DNA from: a virus
Length of the DNA stretch: 64,000 nucleotides
IMG/VR virus record: IMGVR_UViG_3300028394_000038
Strand: one strand, 5' to 3'
Shown: in pieces, positions 7,991 to 16,661 of the stretch
How positions within the stretch are numbered: the first letter of the stretch is position 1
Layout: every line of letters begins with the position of its first letter
Position numbers and translations under genes: made by a program
The notes under the pieces: generated by a model
What the model was told of the DNA's origin: nothing
The model's database searches: none
What the model saw: the letters and a program-made list of their open reading frames with translations, nothing else

Positions 7991-9519
7991 ATAAAAATCT
8001 AACAGCAACGCAAAGCGATTACGCATATTTCTTGCCAGCTACGTCAGGATTCTATAGTACATTCATAGGCAAACAACGCTATGGAAACTATGTAGATCCT
8101 GCACGTATTCCTCCAAGTCTTGCTAATGGTGTGGAAAGCCTTAACTATCTTAATCCAGACAAGGGTCAGTTTTACTTTGATCACTGTTTGTATTCAGCAG
8201 GTCATGCTAACTTAGACCTTAATAAACCAGACGAAACTGAAGACATGTTCCGTAATCGTGATCGTAATACCAGTTGGGTATTAGGTGACTCGGGTGGATT
8301 CCAGATCGGTAAAGGTGTTTGGCCTGCTGATTGGAAAGATCCTAACTGTCCTAAAGCCGCATTGAAGCGTAAACAAGTTTTAACTTGGATGGATAGTCTA
8401 ATGGACTATGGCATGGGTCTTGACATTCCTGCGTGGGTCGCTCGTAGCCCGGCAGGACGTGCGGCTACTGGTATTAGTACATATAACGAAGCAGTACAAG
8501 GTACGTTTATTAATAATGAATATTTTATTAACAATCGTAATGGCAACTGTAAGTTTTTAAATGTTCTTCAAGGCGAGAACCATGCTGATGCCGAAGGTTG
8601 GTATCAGCATATGAAGAAATACAGTGACCCAACAATCTATGGCGACCGTGCATTTAACGGTTGGGGTATGGGTGGACAGAATATGTGTGATATCCACTTA
8701 GTACTTAAACGTCTAGTAGCACTACGTTTTGATGGGTTGTTAGAAAAAGGCCATCAAGACTGGATGCACTTTTTAGGTACTAGTAAGTTAGAGTGGGCTG
8801 TTCTATTAACAGACATTCAACGTGCTGTACGTAAACATCATAATAGTCAGTTTACTATTAGCTTTGACTGTGCAAGTCCATTCTTAGCAACTGCTAATGG
8901 GCAGATTTATATTAACACCGAAACAGACGATCGTACTAAATGGGTCTATCGTATGCAAGCATCAGCTGATGATAAAAAGTATGCTACTGATACCAGATTA
9001 TTTAAAGATGCTGTACTACAAGACAAGATATTTGAAAAATTTGAATCAAGTCCAATCATTGATCAAATGCAAATGAAAGATATTTGTATCTATAAGCCAG
9101 GCGACCTAAATAAGAATGGTAAAGAAGGTCGTACTAGTTGGGATAGTTTTAGCTATGCACTAATGATGGGACATAATGTTTGGATGCATATCAATGCGGT
9201 ACAGGAAGCCAATCGACAATATGATTTGGGCAAATTGCCATCCATGTTAGTTGACGAACGCTTTGATAGAGTGTATTATAAGGACATAGTAGAAGCAATA
9301 TTTTCAACCAGTGATAGAGGCATTGCCGATGCTGTTGTAGAAGAATACAGCAGATACTGGATGAGTATTATTGGTACTAGAGGCGCAACAGGTAAAAAGA
9401 CTGTAAATGCACAAACACATGCAGACATACATTTTGAAATCGAAGCTAACCTAGAACCAGAAAAGAAAGCCAAAGTTGAACCTAAAGAAATTATACTTAA
9501 CCCGAGTTTATTTGAATGA
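7987..9519 (+). CDS. TGT-fold guanine transglycosylase, DpdA-like (7-deazaguanine insertion)
   Basis: TGT motifs in the expected order: DSGGFQ, LDIP, VLQG, GMGG, HFLG, FDCA (nucleophile Asp), HN. The CxCxxC zinc site is not seen. Context includes queD/queE/folE. Confidence 0.82.
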   Translation: MNKNLTATQSDYAYFLPATSGFYSTFIGKQRYGNYVDPARIPPSLANGVESLNYLNPDKGQFYFDHCLYSAGHANLDLNKPDETEDMFRNRDRNTSWVLGDSGGFQIGKGVWPADWKDPNCPKAALKRKQVLTWMDSLMDYGMGLDIPAWVARSPAGRAATGISTYNEAVQGTFINNEYFINNRNGNCKFLNVLQGENHADAEGWYQHMKKYSDPTIYGDRAFNGWGMGGQNMCDIHLVLKRLVALRFDGLLEKGHQDWMHFLGTSKLEWAVLLTDIQRAVRKHHNSQFTISFDCASPFLATANGQIYINTETDDRTKWVYRMQASADDKKYATDTRLFKDAVLQDKIFEKFESSPIIDQMQMKDICIYKPGDLNKNGKEGRTSWDSFSYALMMGHNVWMHINAVQEANRQYDLGKLPSMLVDERFDRVYYKDIVEAIFSTSDRGIADAVVEEYSRYWMSIIGTRGATGKKTVNAQTHADIHFEIEANLEPEKKAKVEPKEIILNPSLFE

Positions 9520-10064
9520 AACGTGATTATACAGATGGCGTAAGTGAAGCAGTAAACTTCTTCATTGGTAATGAAGTAGAACATACTCCTGCGTTTGGTA
9601 TGCGTACCTTGTTTGTTACCGGTATTCATAACGAGCAAGTGATTGAACATTTGCTTGGAGATGAAAACTGTTTACTTGATACTAGTAAGCATATTAAACA
9701 TATTTTCTTTGGTGCTAATCATAGTTTTAATCCGCAATGGAATGACTATGAAGGTTGGAAATCGTGGGAAGAAATGATTACCTATTTCTTAGATCGAGAC
9801 TATCTATGCTCATTAGATATCCCATTAAGTGCAGTAGAAGAGTTTCACGATGGTGGGTTAAATGATTATGCAAACTTTATTCCACAAATTAGAGTTCCAA
9901 TTCCTTATATTAAATTATGGAATTATAATACAATGCTTAAAATTGATGACAAAGATTTTAAAGCAACTAATCCCGGCGTGTGGTCTCATAGCCTACACGA
10001 TCTCCAAGACCGTAAGAAGTTCACCCCGTGGGCAGATTACAAAAATGACACTATCTTAAAATGA
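9516..10064 (+). CDS. Conserved-looking hypothetical protein between the TGT-like gene and queD
   Basis: ATGA-coupled on both sides; motifs G.EVEHTP and HIFFGANHSF. Confidence 0.75.
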   Translation: MKRDYTDGVSEAVNFFIGNEVEHTPAFGMRTLFVTGIHNEQVIEHLLGDENCLLDTSKHIKHIFFGANHSFNPQWNDYEGWKSWEEMITYFLDRDYLCSLDIPLSAVEEFHDGGLNDYANFIPQIRVPIPYIKLWNYNTMLKIDDKDFKATNPGVWSHSLHDLQDRKKFTPWADYKNDTILK

Positions 10065-10456
10065 TTATTAGACAAGACCAAAGACCAAATAAAATGATCT
10101 GGGTTACCTTACGCAAGGAAGGTATCCACTGCTACCCAGCGGCGGCAACAGATCCAAACTTAGCTACAGGAGATGAATATGATGTATCGTTCCTTGCTAA
10201 TCCTCACCGCCACATCTTTCATTTCAGGGTGTGGATCAGTGTGCAACATAATGACAGGGACATCGAGTTCATCCAGTTCAAACGATGGCTCGAGTCGCTG
10301 TATAATGGTCAAGGTTCCGTTCTAAGCCTTGACTACAAGAGTTGTGAGATGATGTCAGACGATTTGTATAACATCATCGCACTAAAGTATCCAGATCGTG
10401 AGATCTGGATTGAGGTCTCCGAAGACGGAGAAAATGGTTCATTCATCAAATATTAA
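10061..10456 (+). CDS. queD: QueD-like T-fold enzyme (6-carboxytetrahydropterin synthase family)
   Basis: EGIHCYP...PHRH.FH...IEFIQFK...SCE...IEVSED: His/His-x-His metal ligands plus the T-fold S.E and V.V.E motifs. Confidence 0.75.
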   Translation: MIIRQDQRPNKMIWVTLRKEGIHCYPAAATDPNLATGDEYDVSFLANPHRHIFHFRVWISVQHNDRDIEFIQFKRWLESLYNGQGSVLSLDYKSCEMMSDDLYNIIALKYPDREIWIEVSEDGENGSFIKY

Positions 10457-10471
10457 TTTAAGGAAATAAAG

Positions 10472-10702
10472 ATGAAAAAAGAAGTCGTTCAGATTTTTGA
10501 CGATCTAGAGGCCCTGCATGATTTTTGCAGGTTAAATATGGCTCCTTTTAACGAGGCAGACCTTTATAACAGAGGTTCAAAAGTTTGGAGAGATTACGAA
10601 TACAGTAAGCGTCCACGCAACTATGAACGCAAAGAGTATCAAGGCAATAAGCCACGCAATAATAACGGTGGCTATAATAACTACCGCAACGGTCGTCAGT
10701 AA
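10472..10702 (+). CDS. Hypothetical protein with N/R/G-rich tail
   Basis: ORF with SD; TAATG-coupled to the glycosyltransferase. Confidence 0.65.
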   Translation: MKKEVVQIFDDLEALHDFCRLNMAPFNEADLYNRGSKVWRDYEYSKRPRNYERKEYQGNKPRNNNGGYNNYRNGRQ

Positions 10703-11769
10703 TGGCAACTGTTTACCTAGTAGATCTTGAGCCTGTAGAAACTCGCTACACGGCTCAATGGAAGACTCACCTTCCTGCTATCTTACAAAAGAGAGGACAT
10801 GATGTCACGATTATATCTGGCCCTAGCAATATTCCTAGCGCCACTACTCCTGGTGCATTTCTTAATTTTGGGGGTACTAATATCTATAAGGCAGACCAAG
10901 TTGCACAACTTGGAAGACTTTTTTGTGCAGGATCCATCAAGGTCGGCGATCATTTTATTTTTACTGACGCTTGGCATCCAGGCATTATTAATCTAAAGTA
11001 CATGAGTGAGTTGTTACAGATTCCTGTAACTATTCATGCACTATGGCATGCCGGTAGTTATGATCCTCAGGACTTCTTAGGAAGGCTTATTGGTGATAAG
11101 CCTTGGGTTAGGCATGCGGAGTTTAGTTTTTTCAGTGCAATCGATCACAATTACTTTGCTACACAGTTCCATATAGATTTGTTTTGTAAAACATTTTTAG
11201 AAGATACTCCAAAACAAGAATGTATAGCAAACGGAAATATTGTACGTACAGGATGGCCTATGGAATATATGGAAGATACGTTAACTATGTATAAGAACAT
11301 GCCTAAACGTGATCTTATACTGTTCCCTCATCGTATAGCGCCAGAGAAACAGGTTGAAATTTTCCGTGATTTAAAACATTGGCTACCTCAATATGAGTTT
11401 GTAGTATGTCAGGACCAACAGCTAACAAAAAATGAATACCATAACTTGTTAGGAGAGGCTAAATTAGTTTTTAGTGCTAATTTACAAGAAACACTTGGTA
11501 TTAGTTGTTACGAAGGTGCAGTAGTAGATGCTATACCGTTAGTCCCTGATAGATTGAGCTATACAGAAATGTATTACGACACATTTAAGTACCCGAGCGA
11601 GTGGACTGAAAGTTGGGACAAGTACGAAGAAAATCGAATGAATCTTTGTCATAAGATAATCCAATACATGACCAATTATACACAGTTTATTCCTACTGTA
11701 AAAAAACAAGCAAGAGACTTACACGATCAATTCTTTAGCGCAAATGGATTACTCAACAACATCAAATAA
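10702..11769 (+). CDS. GT-B fold glycosyltransferase (GT4-like)
   Basis: FPHRIAPEKQ, and SANLQETLGISCYEG...PLVP matching the GT4 E-x7-E motif. Confidence 0.85.
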   Translation: MATVYLVDLEPVETRYTAQWKTHLPAILQKRGHDVTIISGPSNIPSATTPGAFLNFGGTNIYKADQVAQLGRLFCAGSIKVGDHFIFTDAWHPGIINLKYMSELLQIPVTIHALWHAGSYDPQDFLGRLIGDKPWVRHAEFSFFSAIDHNYFATQFHIDLFCKTFLEDTPKQECIANGNIVRTGWPMEYMEDTLTMYKNMPKRDLILFPHRIAPEKQVEIFRDLKHWLPQYEFVVCQDQQLTKNEYHNLLGEAKLVFSANLQETLGISCYEGAVVDAIPLVPDRLSYTEMYYDTFKYPSEWTESWDKYEENRMNLCHKIIQYMTNYTQFIPTVKKQARDLHDQFFSANGLLNNIK

Positions 11770-12166
11770 CGTAGGCATTATTGCCCAAGAAGTACTTGAT
11801 ACTATTACTATCGATACTAGCTCATGGAATATGAGCTCCGGTACTGGTTCTAGCTATTATTATACTGCCGGTGCAGGAGTTGGCGGCAGTTCTGATACTA
11901 TTACTATCAGTAATGGCGGAACCGGTATCAGTAACTATACAATTGGCGGAGGTCTTACGTCGTCTGGTACTGTTAGTATTGGAACTATAACCGGAGTCGG
12001 TACAGGATATAATTGGGGCATAACGGAAGAATTTGTAAATTGTTTGCCGGACTTTAATAGAGTACAGGCCATGTGTGAACAATATCCCGGATTAAAGATT
12101 GCCTACGAAAAATTTGTAACAACATATAAGTTAGTGAAAGATGATTATGATAGTCCAAAAGATTAA
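11744..12166 (+). CDS. Gly/Ser/Thr-rich protein with helical C-terminal motif
   Basis: Low-complexity N-terminus; C-terminus CEQYPGLKIAYEKF. Confidence 0.65.
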   Translation: MDYSTTSNNVGIIAQEVLDTITIDTSSWNMSSGTGSSYYYTAGAGVGGSSDTITISNGGTGISNYTIGGGLTSSGTVSIGTITGVGTGYNWGITEEFVNCLPDFNRVQAMCEQYPGLKIAYEKFVTTYKLVKDDYDSPKD

Positions 12167-12620
12167 AAACAAATTCTTTTCCTTTTTAGAAAAACATGAT
12201 CGTAAACGTATCATTATGGATCGTCAATGTAACGAGCCGTTGTTAACTCGTTACTATCTGTTCTTGAAAGATCGCAAGCGTTTTCCGTTTAATGCGTTCT
12301 TACACAAATTTCACAAAGGTGATCCTGGAGATGTACATGATCATCCTTGGCCTTACTTTACTTTAATTTTAGCAGGCGGCTATTACGAATGGGTGCCTAA
12401 ATTTGCTAACGGGATTATGATTGGCGAAATTCGTATGTGGCGAGGCCCTGGTCATTTTAGATTTTGTAGTTCTACTAGCTATCATCGAATTGAATTAAAA
12501 GAAGGTATTACGCCTTGGACCTTGTTTATGCCTGGTCCGCAAAGACGAGAATGGGGATTTCTTGTCAATAATAAATGGATACACACCGATGAGTACCTTG
12601 AAACAAACAAGCAACATTAA
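12141..12620 (+). CDS. Cupin-fold metalloprotein
   Basis: HDHPW...GGYYE motif 1 and HRIEL motif 2. Confidence 0.7.
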   Translation: MIMIVQKIKNKFFSFLEKHDRKRIIMDRQCNEPLLTRYYLFLKDRKRFPFNAFLHKFHKGDPGDVHDHPWPYFTLILAGGYYEWVPKFANGIMIGEIRMWRGPGHFRFCSSTSYHRIELKEGITPWTLFMPGPQRREWGFLVNNKWIHTDEYLETNKQH

Positions 12621-13032
12621 AAACGGATTGGTTGGAAGTACTGTAACCATTGCTCCTGGTTACGGAGCAGTACCTCCACAACTGAGCGGGCATGTTTATA
12701 CAACTACTTCTTCAGGTACATCTGGACAGTTTTTAACGTCCTCTGGCAGTAATGGAACTACTTGGACCACTGGCACTAGCACTATCAATGCCAATCCTGC
12801 AATAACTGTTAAACAAACCAATCCGCCAGAATTAGAAGTCAAAGGCAGGATGGTTATTAATGGTATAGACTTAGAAGAACGGTTGAATACAATCGAAAAA
12901 GTCTTGCAAATTCCCGAACGAGATGTTAAACTAGAAAAGAAGCACCCAAAGCTAAAGAAACTGTATGATGAATACATACACGCATTGGGTAAGTATAGAA
13001 CATTTGATGCACTTAAAGGAGATAACGAATGA
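12589..13032 (+). CDS. Gly/Ser/Thr-rich protein with helical C-terminal motif
   Basis: Low-complexity N-terminus; C-terminus LEKKHPKLKKLYDEY; start uncertain. Confidence 0.65.
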   Translation: MSTLKQTSNIKNGLVGSTVTIAPGYGAVPPQLSGHVYTTTSSGTSGQFLTSSGSNGTTWTTGTSTINANPAITVKQTNPPELEVKGRMVINGIDLEERLNTIEKVLQIPERDVKLEKKHPKLKKLYDEYIHALGKYRTFDALKGDNE

Positions 13033-13262
13033 AAACCTTACACGAATCAGTAGCACATACCTACAAAGAAATGACCATTAAAGAAAATCCTGGATTTAGG
13101 ATTCGTTTAGAAAAACACGAAGTAATTAATCCTAAAGGTTTGTTTAGCCTTGATATTATTCAAGAAAGTCTTAAAGACGGTGAAGTACAAGATACTGCTA
13201 CTTACAATTTCTTTATGACTAAAGATGAATTGCAAAATCTTGCACAGGGTTTAACTGCATGA
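13029..13262 (+). CDS. Hypothetical protein
   Basis: ATGA-coupled ORF with SD. Confidence 0.65.
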   Translation: MKTLHESVAHTYKEMTIKENPGFRIRLEKHEVINPKGLFSLDIIQESLKDGEVQDTATYNFFMTKDELQNLAQGLTA

Positions 13263-13768
13263 AAAAAATATACTACAGTTGGAAAGACGTCGAAGGTGCT
13301 TGTTTAGATATTGCTAGACAAGTAATTTCTAGCCAATGGCGGCCTGACTATATTGTAGGCATTACTCGCGGTGGTGCAATCCCCGCAGTAATGTTAAGTC
13401 AGTTTTTTAATATTCCCATGCGTCCATTACAAGTGTCTTTAAGAGACGGTGGAGATTGTGTTAGCGATTTAGGTATGGCCGAAGATGCATTTGGTCATGA
13501 TGAAGATCCTAAAAATATCCTTATTGTAGATGACATTAATGATCAAGGAAGTACAATTGCTTGGATTAAGAAAGACTGGCCGAGTGGCTGTTTTCCTGAT
13601 CATAACCAATGGACAAAGACATGGGGACATAATGTTCGATTTGCTACTTTAACAAACAATATGGCTAGTAAAGAAACTGTTGACTATAGTGTTTGGGAAG
13701 TTAACAAAGCAGAAGAAGATTGTTGGTTAGTTTATCCGTGGGAAGAATTTTGGCGCAATGACAACTGA
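13259..13768 (+). CDS. Purine phosphoribosyltransferase (Gpt/Hpt-like, type I PRTase)
   Basis: IVGITRGG, PRPP loop ILIVDDINDQGST, C-terminal WLVYPWE. Confidence 0.88.
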   Translation: MKKIYYSWKDVEGACLDIARQVISSQWRPDYIVGITRGGAIPAVMLSQFFNIPMRPLQVSLRDGGDCVSDLGMAEDAFGHDEDPKNILIVDDINDQGSTIAWIKKDWPSGCFPDHNQWTKTWGHNVRFATLTNNMASKETVDYSVWEVNKAEEDCWLVYPWEEFWRNDN

Positions 13769-14132
13769 TATTGAAAGGGCACTTGATGAAAAACGAGCAC
13801 CGTGGACAGGTATTGAATACCGAACCAAAGATTATTGGGTCTTCCGAGATGCCTACCCAGTTACGGAAGGACATCTGTTATTTGTGCCTACCAAAGAAGA
13901 CTGGGACCATCTCTGGGACTGTTACAAAGCCGCATACAAGTTCGGTTACATGGGAGTCGACTCGGGTAGGTGGGACGCTTTTAATGTCGGACAAAACGTT
14001 GGCGAGGCTGCTGGACAAACAGTAATGTATCCACACGTACATATGATACCTAGACGTACAGGCGATATGAAAGATCCGCGTGGCGGAGTTAGGCATGTTA
14101 TTCCAGAAAAAGGAAATTACAAAAATGAGTAA
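13758..14132 (+). CDS. HIT-family nucleotide hydrolase
   Basis: DAYPVTEGHLLFVP, N.GEAAGQTV.YPHVHMIPRR.GD. Confidence 0.9.
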   Translation: MTTDIERALDEKRAPWTGIEYRTKDYWVFRDAYPVTEGHLLFVPTKEDWDHLWDCYKAAYKFGYMGVDSGRWDAFNVGQNVGEAAGQTVMYPHVHMIPRRTGDMKDPRGGVRHVIPEKGNYKNE

Positions 14133-14304
14133 GTGTACTTGCGGCCGTACTATTAACGACCCTTGGTGTGATGGTAGTCACACATTAACCGAAGAACAGT
14201 ATAAAGAACGCTGTAGAGAAATCGAACTTGAGGAATACAAACGTCAAGCTCAAGAATTATGGAACGATTCATGCACTAGCATTAGGTCTAATGATGCCAA
14301 GTGA
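14125..14304 (+). CDS. CDGSH iron-sulfur (NEET-type) domain protein
   Basis: From ATG 14125: CTCGRTINDPWCDGSH, matching C-x-C-x2-(S/T)-x3-P-x-CDG(S/A/T)H. Confidence 0.85.
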   Translation: MSKCTCGRTINDPWCDGSHTLTEEQYKERCREIELEEYKRQAQELWNDSCTSIRSNDAK

Positions 14305-14497
14305 GTGCGATGTGCGTATCGACTGGGATAACCAAAATGGATTCTGGTGGAATGAAACTTGTGCATTAGTATTATCAGTTTTTGGGTTACCTGGAAATAG
14401 ATACGAGTCTCATCCAGACTCAGACTATATGCTGTTTAAATTTAAATCAAAAAAGGATGCAGAATTATGCCGCATACTGTTAAGCGAACGATTCTAA
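14291..14497 (+). CDS. Hypothetical protein
   Basis: ORF; start moved to ATG 14291. Confidence 0.6.
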   Translation: MMPSECDVRIDWDNQNGFWWNETCALVLSVFGLPGNRYESHPDSDYMLFKFKSKKDAELCRILLSERF

Positions 14498-14670
14498 TAA
14501 CTATAGCAATCGGTGTATATGTTGCTGTAATGTTTTTAGTATTTCCAATGATAATGTCAAAAAAAGGTGATGTTATTAAGATTGACTGCACGTGGAGTGA
14601 GATAAGTCCAGACTTTAGTCCAGAAATAAAACAAGCGTGTCGTAAAGCTCGTATAGCAAATCCCACATGA
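14467..14670 (+). CDS. Small single-pass membrane protein
   Basis: N-terminal TM segment; Cys pair in the soluble part. Confidence 0.6.
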   Translation: MPHTVKRTILITIAIGVYVAVMFLVFPMIMSKKGDVIKIDCTWSEISPDFSPEIKQACRKARIANPT

Positions 14671-14969
14671 TAAAATTTAATCTCAGCTTACTAAATCCTT
14701 TCAAACACGAAAACTTTATTGGTTTATATAATTGGAGTGGTAAGATTACCAAAAATAAATCTTGGGAAGTAGAGTTATACTACTATGCCTACGAATGGTT
14801 TATTTTTAACATAGATCTATCTTGGATTGGTCGAGATCATGCTGGTCCAAATTTTGAAGTTGGTGTATTTGGCTACAATTTAAGTGGCAATATATACGAC
14901 AATAGACATTGGGATTATAAAAATAAATGTTGGGAAACACTTGACAACGACCTAAATAAAGTAGTATAA
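14667..14969 (+). CDS. Hypothetical aromatic-rich protein
   Basis: ATGA-coupled ORF. Confidence 0.6.
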   Translation: MIKFNLSLLNPFKHENFIGLYNWSGKITKNKSWEVELYYYAYEWFIFNIDLSWIGRDHAGPNFEVGVFGYNLSGNIYDNRHWDYKNKCWETLDNDLNKVV

Positions 14970-14970
14970 T
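14941..14970 (+). promoter_or_regulatory. sigma70-type promoter for folE, with embedded TAAATA
   Basis: TTGACA-N18-TATAAT; TAAATA at 14953-14958 within the spacer. Confidence 0.75.
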
Positions 14971-15010
14971 AACACAAAGACATCCACGTCATTAACTCGG
15001 AGAATTAAAA

Positions 15011-15781
15011 TTGACAACATTTACAACAGAAGATTTACAAAATGTCATTGCTGGCGCAGAACAGCAGGGCGATGACGACAAAAACTATAAAGAAGCATAC
15101 TTAGGCGACTACCTTCGTTTTAAAATGAAACGTGAAGGAAAACGCTTTTGGGCTGGTGACAACATCAGCGAGTATGTTACTGAAGCTGACAAAGAACAGT
15201 TAATTAACGATGCCGCTGAAGCATTTGAAACTGTGTTAGATAGATTGCTAATTGATCGTGAAACAGATCCCAATAGCAAAGGTACAGCTAGACGATTAGC
15301 TAAAATGTATTTTAACGAAGTAATGGCAGGACGTTATGAACCAGCACCGGATGCAACAGCTTTTCCAAACGACAGTAAAGATAGGTATGAAGGCATGTTG
15401 GTGGTTAGGAGTGAGCTTCGTAGCATGTGTAGCCATCATCACCAGCCTGTTAGTGGTGTTGCCTACATCGGGATCATCGCCGCCCAAAAACTCATTGGAT
15501 TGTCCAAGTATACACGTATTGCCCAATGGTGTAGTCGTAGAGGAACCCTACAGGAAGAATTGTGTAATGACATAGCAAGAGAAATACAAAAGGCAACAGG
15601 ATCAGAAAACGTAGCAGTCTACGTTCAAGCAGTTCATGGGTGCTGTGAAAATCGCGGCATTATGGCACACTCTAGTCTAACACAGACTACAGTTTTAAAA
15701 GGTGCATTTAACACCGATGGCAACACAAAGAAAGAGTTTTTTGATAACATTAAACTTCAACAAGAATTTGCACCACGATGA
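15011..15781 (+). CDS. folE: GTP cyclohydrolase I
   Basis: T.RR.AKMY, SMCSHHHQP, GLSKYTR, LQEEL, HGCCENRG; TTG start after GGAG. Confidence 0.95.
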   Translation: MTTFTTEDLQNVIAGAEQQGDDDKNYKEAYLGDYLRFKMKREGKRFWAGDNISEYVTEADKEQLINDAAEAFETVLDRLLIDRETDPNSKGTARRLAKMYFNEVMAGRYEPAPDATAFPNDSKDRYEGMLVVRSELRSMCSHHHQPVSGVAYIGIIAAQKLIGLSKYTRIAQWCSRRGTLQEELCNDIAREIQKATGSENVAVYVQAVHGCCENRGIMAHSSLTQTTVLKGAFNTDGNTKKEFFDNIKLQQEFAPR

Positions 15782-16449
15782 CCTACTGTTTAATACCAAT
15801 GACTCTTCCCGAGATTAATAATCTTTTAGGGGCTAATTTTGTAAATACATTTCAAACTGAGATGGATTTGATTATTGCTCCTTTAAGAAAATATATTGCA
15901 AAAGGATATCCATTAGCACTAGGTAAAGAACAATGGGAGTATGTGGTTTCTGAATCTATTCCTAATGCAGAATGGTGTGGTGCAGGAAAAAGCATTATCG
16001 ATGTTAAGATTGGTAGCATAGGTATAGATGTCAAGGGCGTTAGTAAAGAAGAAACATCAACGTCGACTACCGAAGCTAGTATGTTCCAATCATTTAAAGA
16101 AGAAACAAAATTATATTTCAATAAAAAAGATACTGAAAGTATTTGGAATTTATTTGTCGATGGGTGGCTTTCCAAAGTTAAATCTGTAGATGAATATTAT
16201 CTTATTGGTATTGTTAGAGAAAAAGAAACGCTTAACTGCTCACTGTGTGCATTTAAGGTTGCTGACACTAATCTATTATACGAGGACGATCTTTGTAAGT
16301 TCACAAAAAAGTCTATGAAAGTATCAGGATTAGCAGATTCTGCATTTATTGAAACAAGAGTTTACAGTAGCAAAACTAGATTAGAAATTAAATTTAAAAG
16401 CAAAGTTTGGCAAGACCCTAACTATGCTTTACCAATTTACAAATTTTAA
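15778..16449 (+). CDS. Putative PD-(D/E)xK restriction-endonuclease-like protein
   Basis: EQWE...IIDVKIGSIGIDVKG fits E...D-x(n)-D-x-K; Lys-rich; looks more AT-rich than its neighbours. Confidence 0.45.
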   Translation: MTYCLIPMTLPEINNLLGANFVNTFQTEMDLIIAPLRKYIAKGYPLALGKEQWEYVVSESIPNAEWCGAGKSIIDVKIGSIGIDVKGVSKEETSTSTTEASMFQSFKEETKLYFNKKDTESIWNLFVDGWLSKVKSVDEYYLIGIVREKETLNCSLCAFKVADTNLLYEDDLCKFTKKSMKVSGLADSAFIETRVYSSKTRLEIKFKSKVWQDPNYALPIYKF

Positions 16450-16459
16450 GGAGACCCAA

Positions 16460-16651
16460 ATGTCACAACTAAGCAAACTAGCAAAAGTAAATGAAAATAT
16501 CAGCATCAATCGTTACGACAACGGTTGGATGGTTGAAATCGGTGGACGAGATAAAAAAGAAGATTGGAAAACTACCAAGACGCTTTGCAATTCAGAAGAA
16601 GAAGTACTTGCTCTAGTTAAAGAGTGGAATACATTACCTTTAGACGTTTAA
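16460..16651 (+). CDS. Hypothetical protein
   Basis: AAGGAG SD then ATG 16460. Confidence 0.7.
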   Translation: MSQLSKLAKVNENISINRYDNGWMVEIGGRDKKEDWKTTKTLCNSEEEVLALVKEWNTLPLDV

Positions 16652-16661
16652 GGAGAATATT

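Noticed and set aside
14970-15016. preQ1 riboswitch before folE, and a second TTGACA at 15011
   Set aside because: No preQ1-I stem or A-rich tail is discernible. The TTGACA is simply the TTG start codon plus ACA, with no -10 box at the right spacing.
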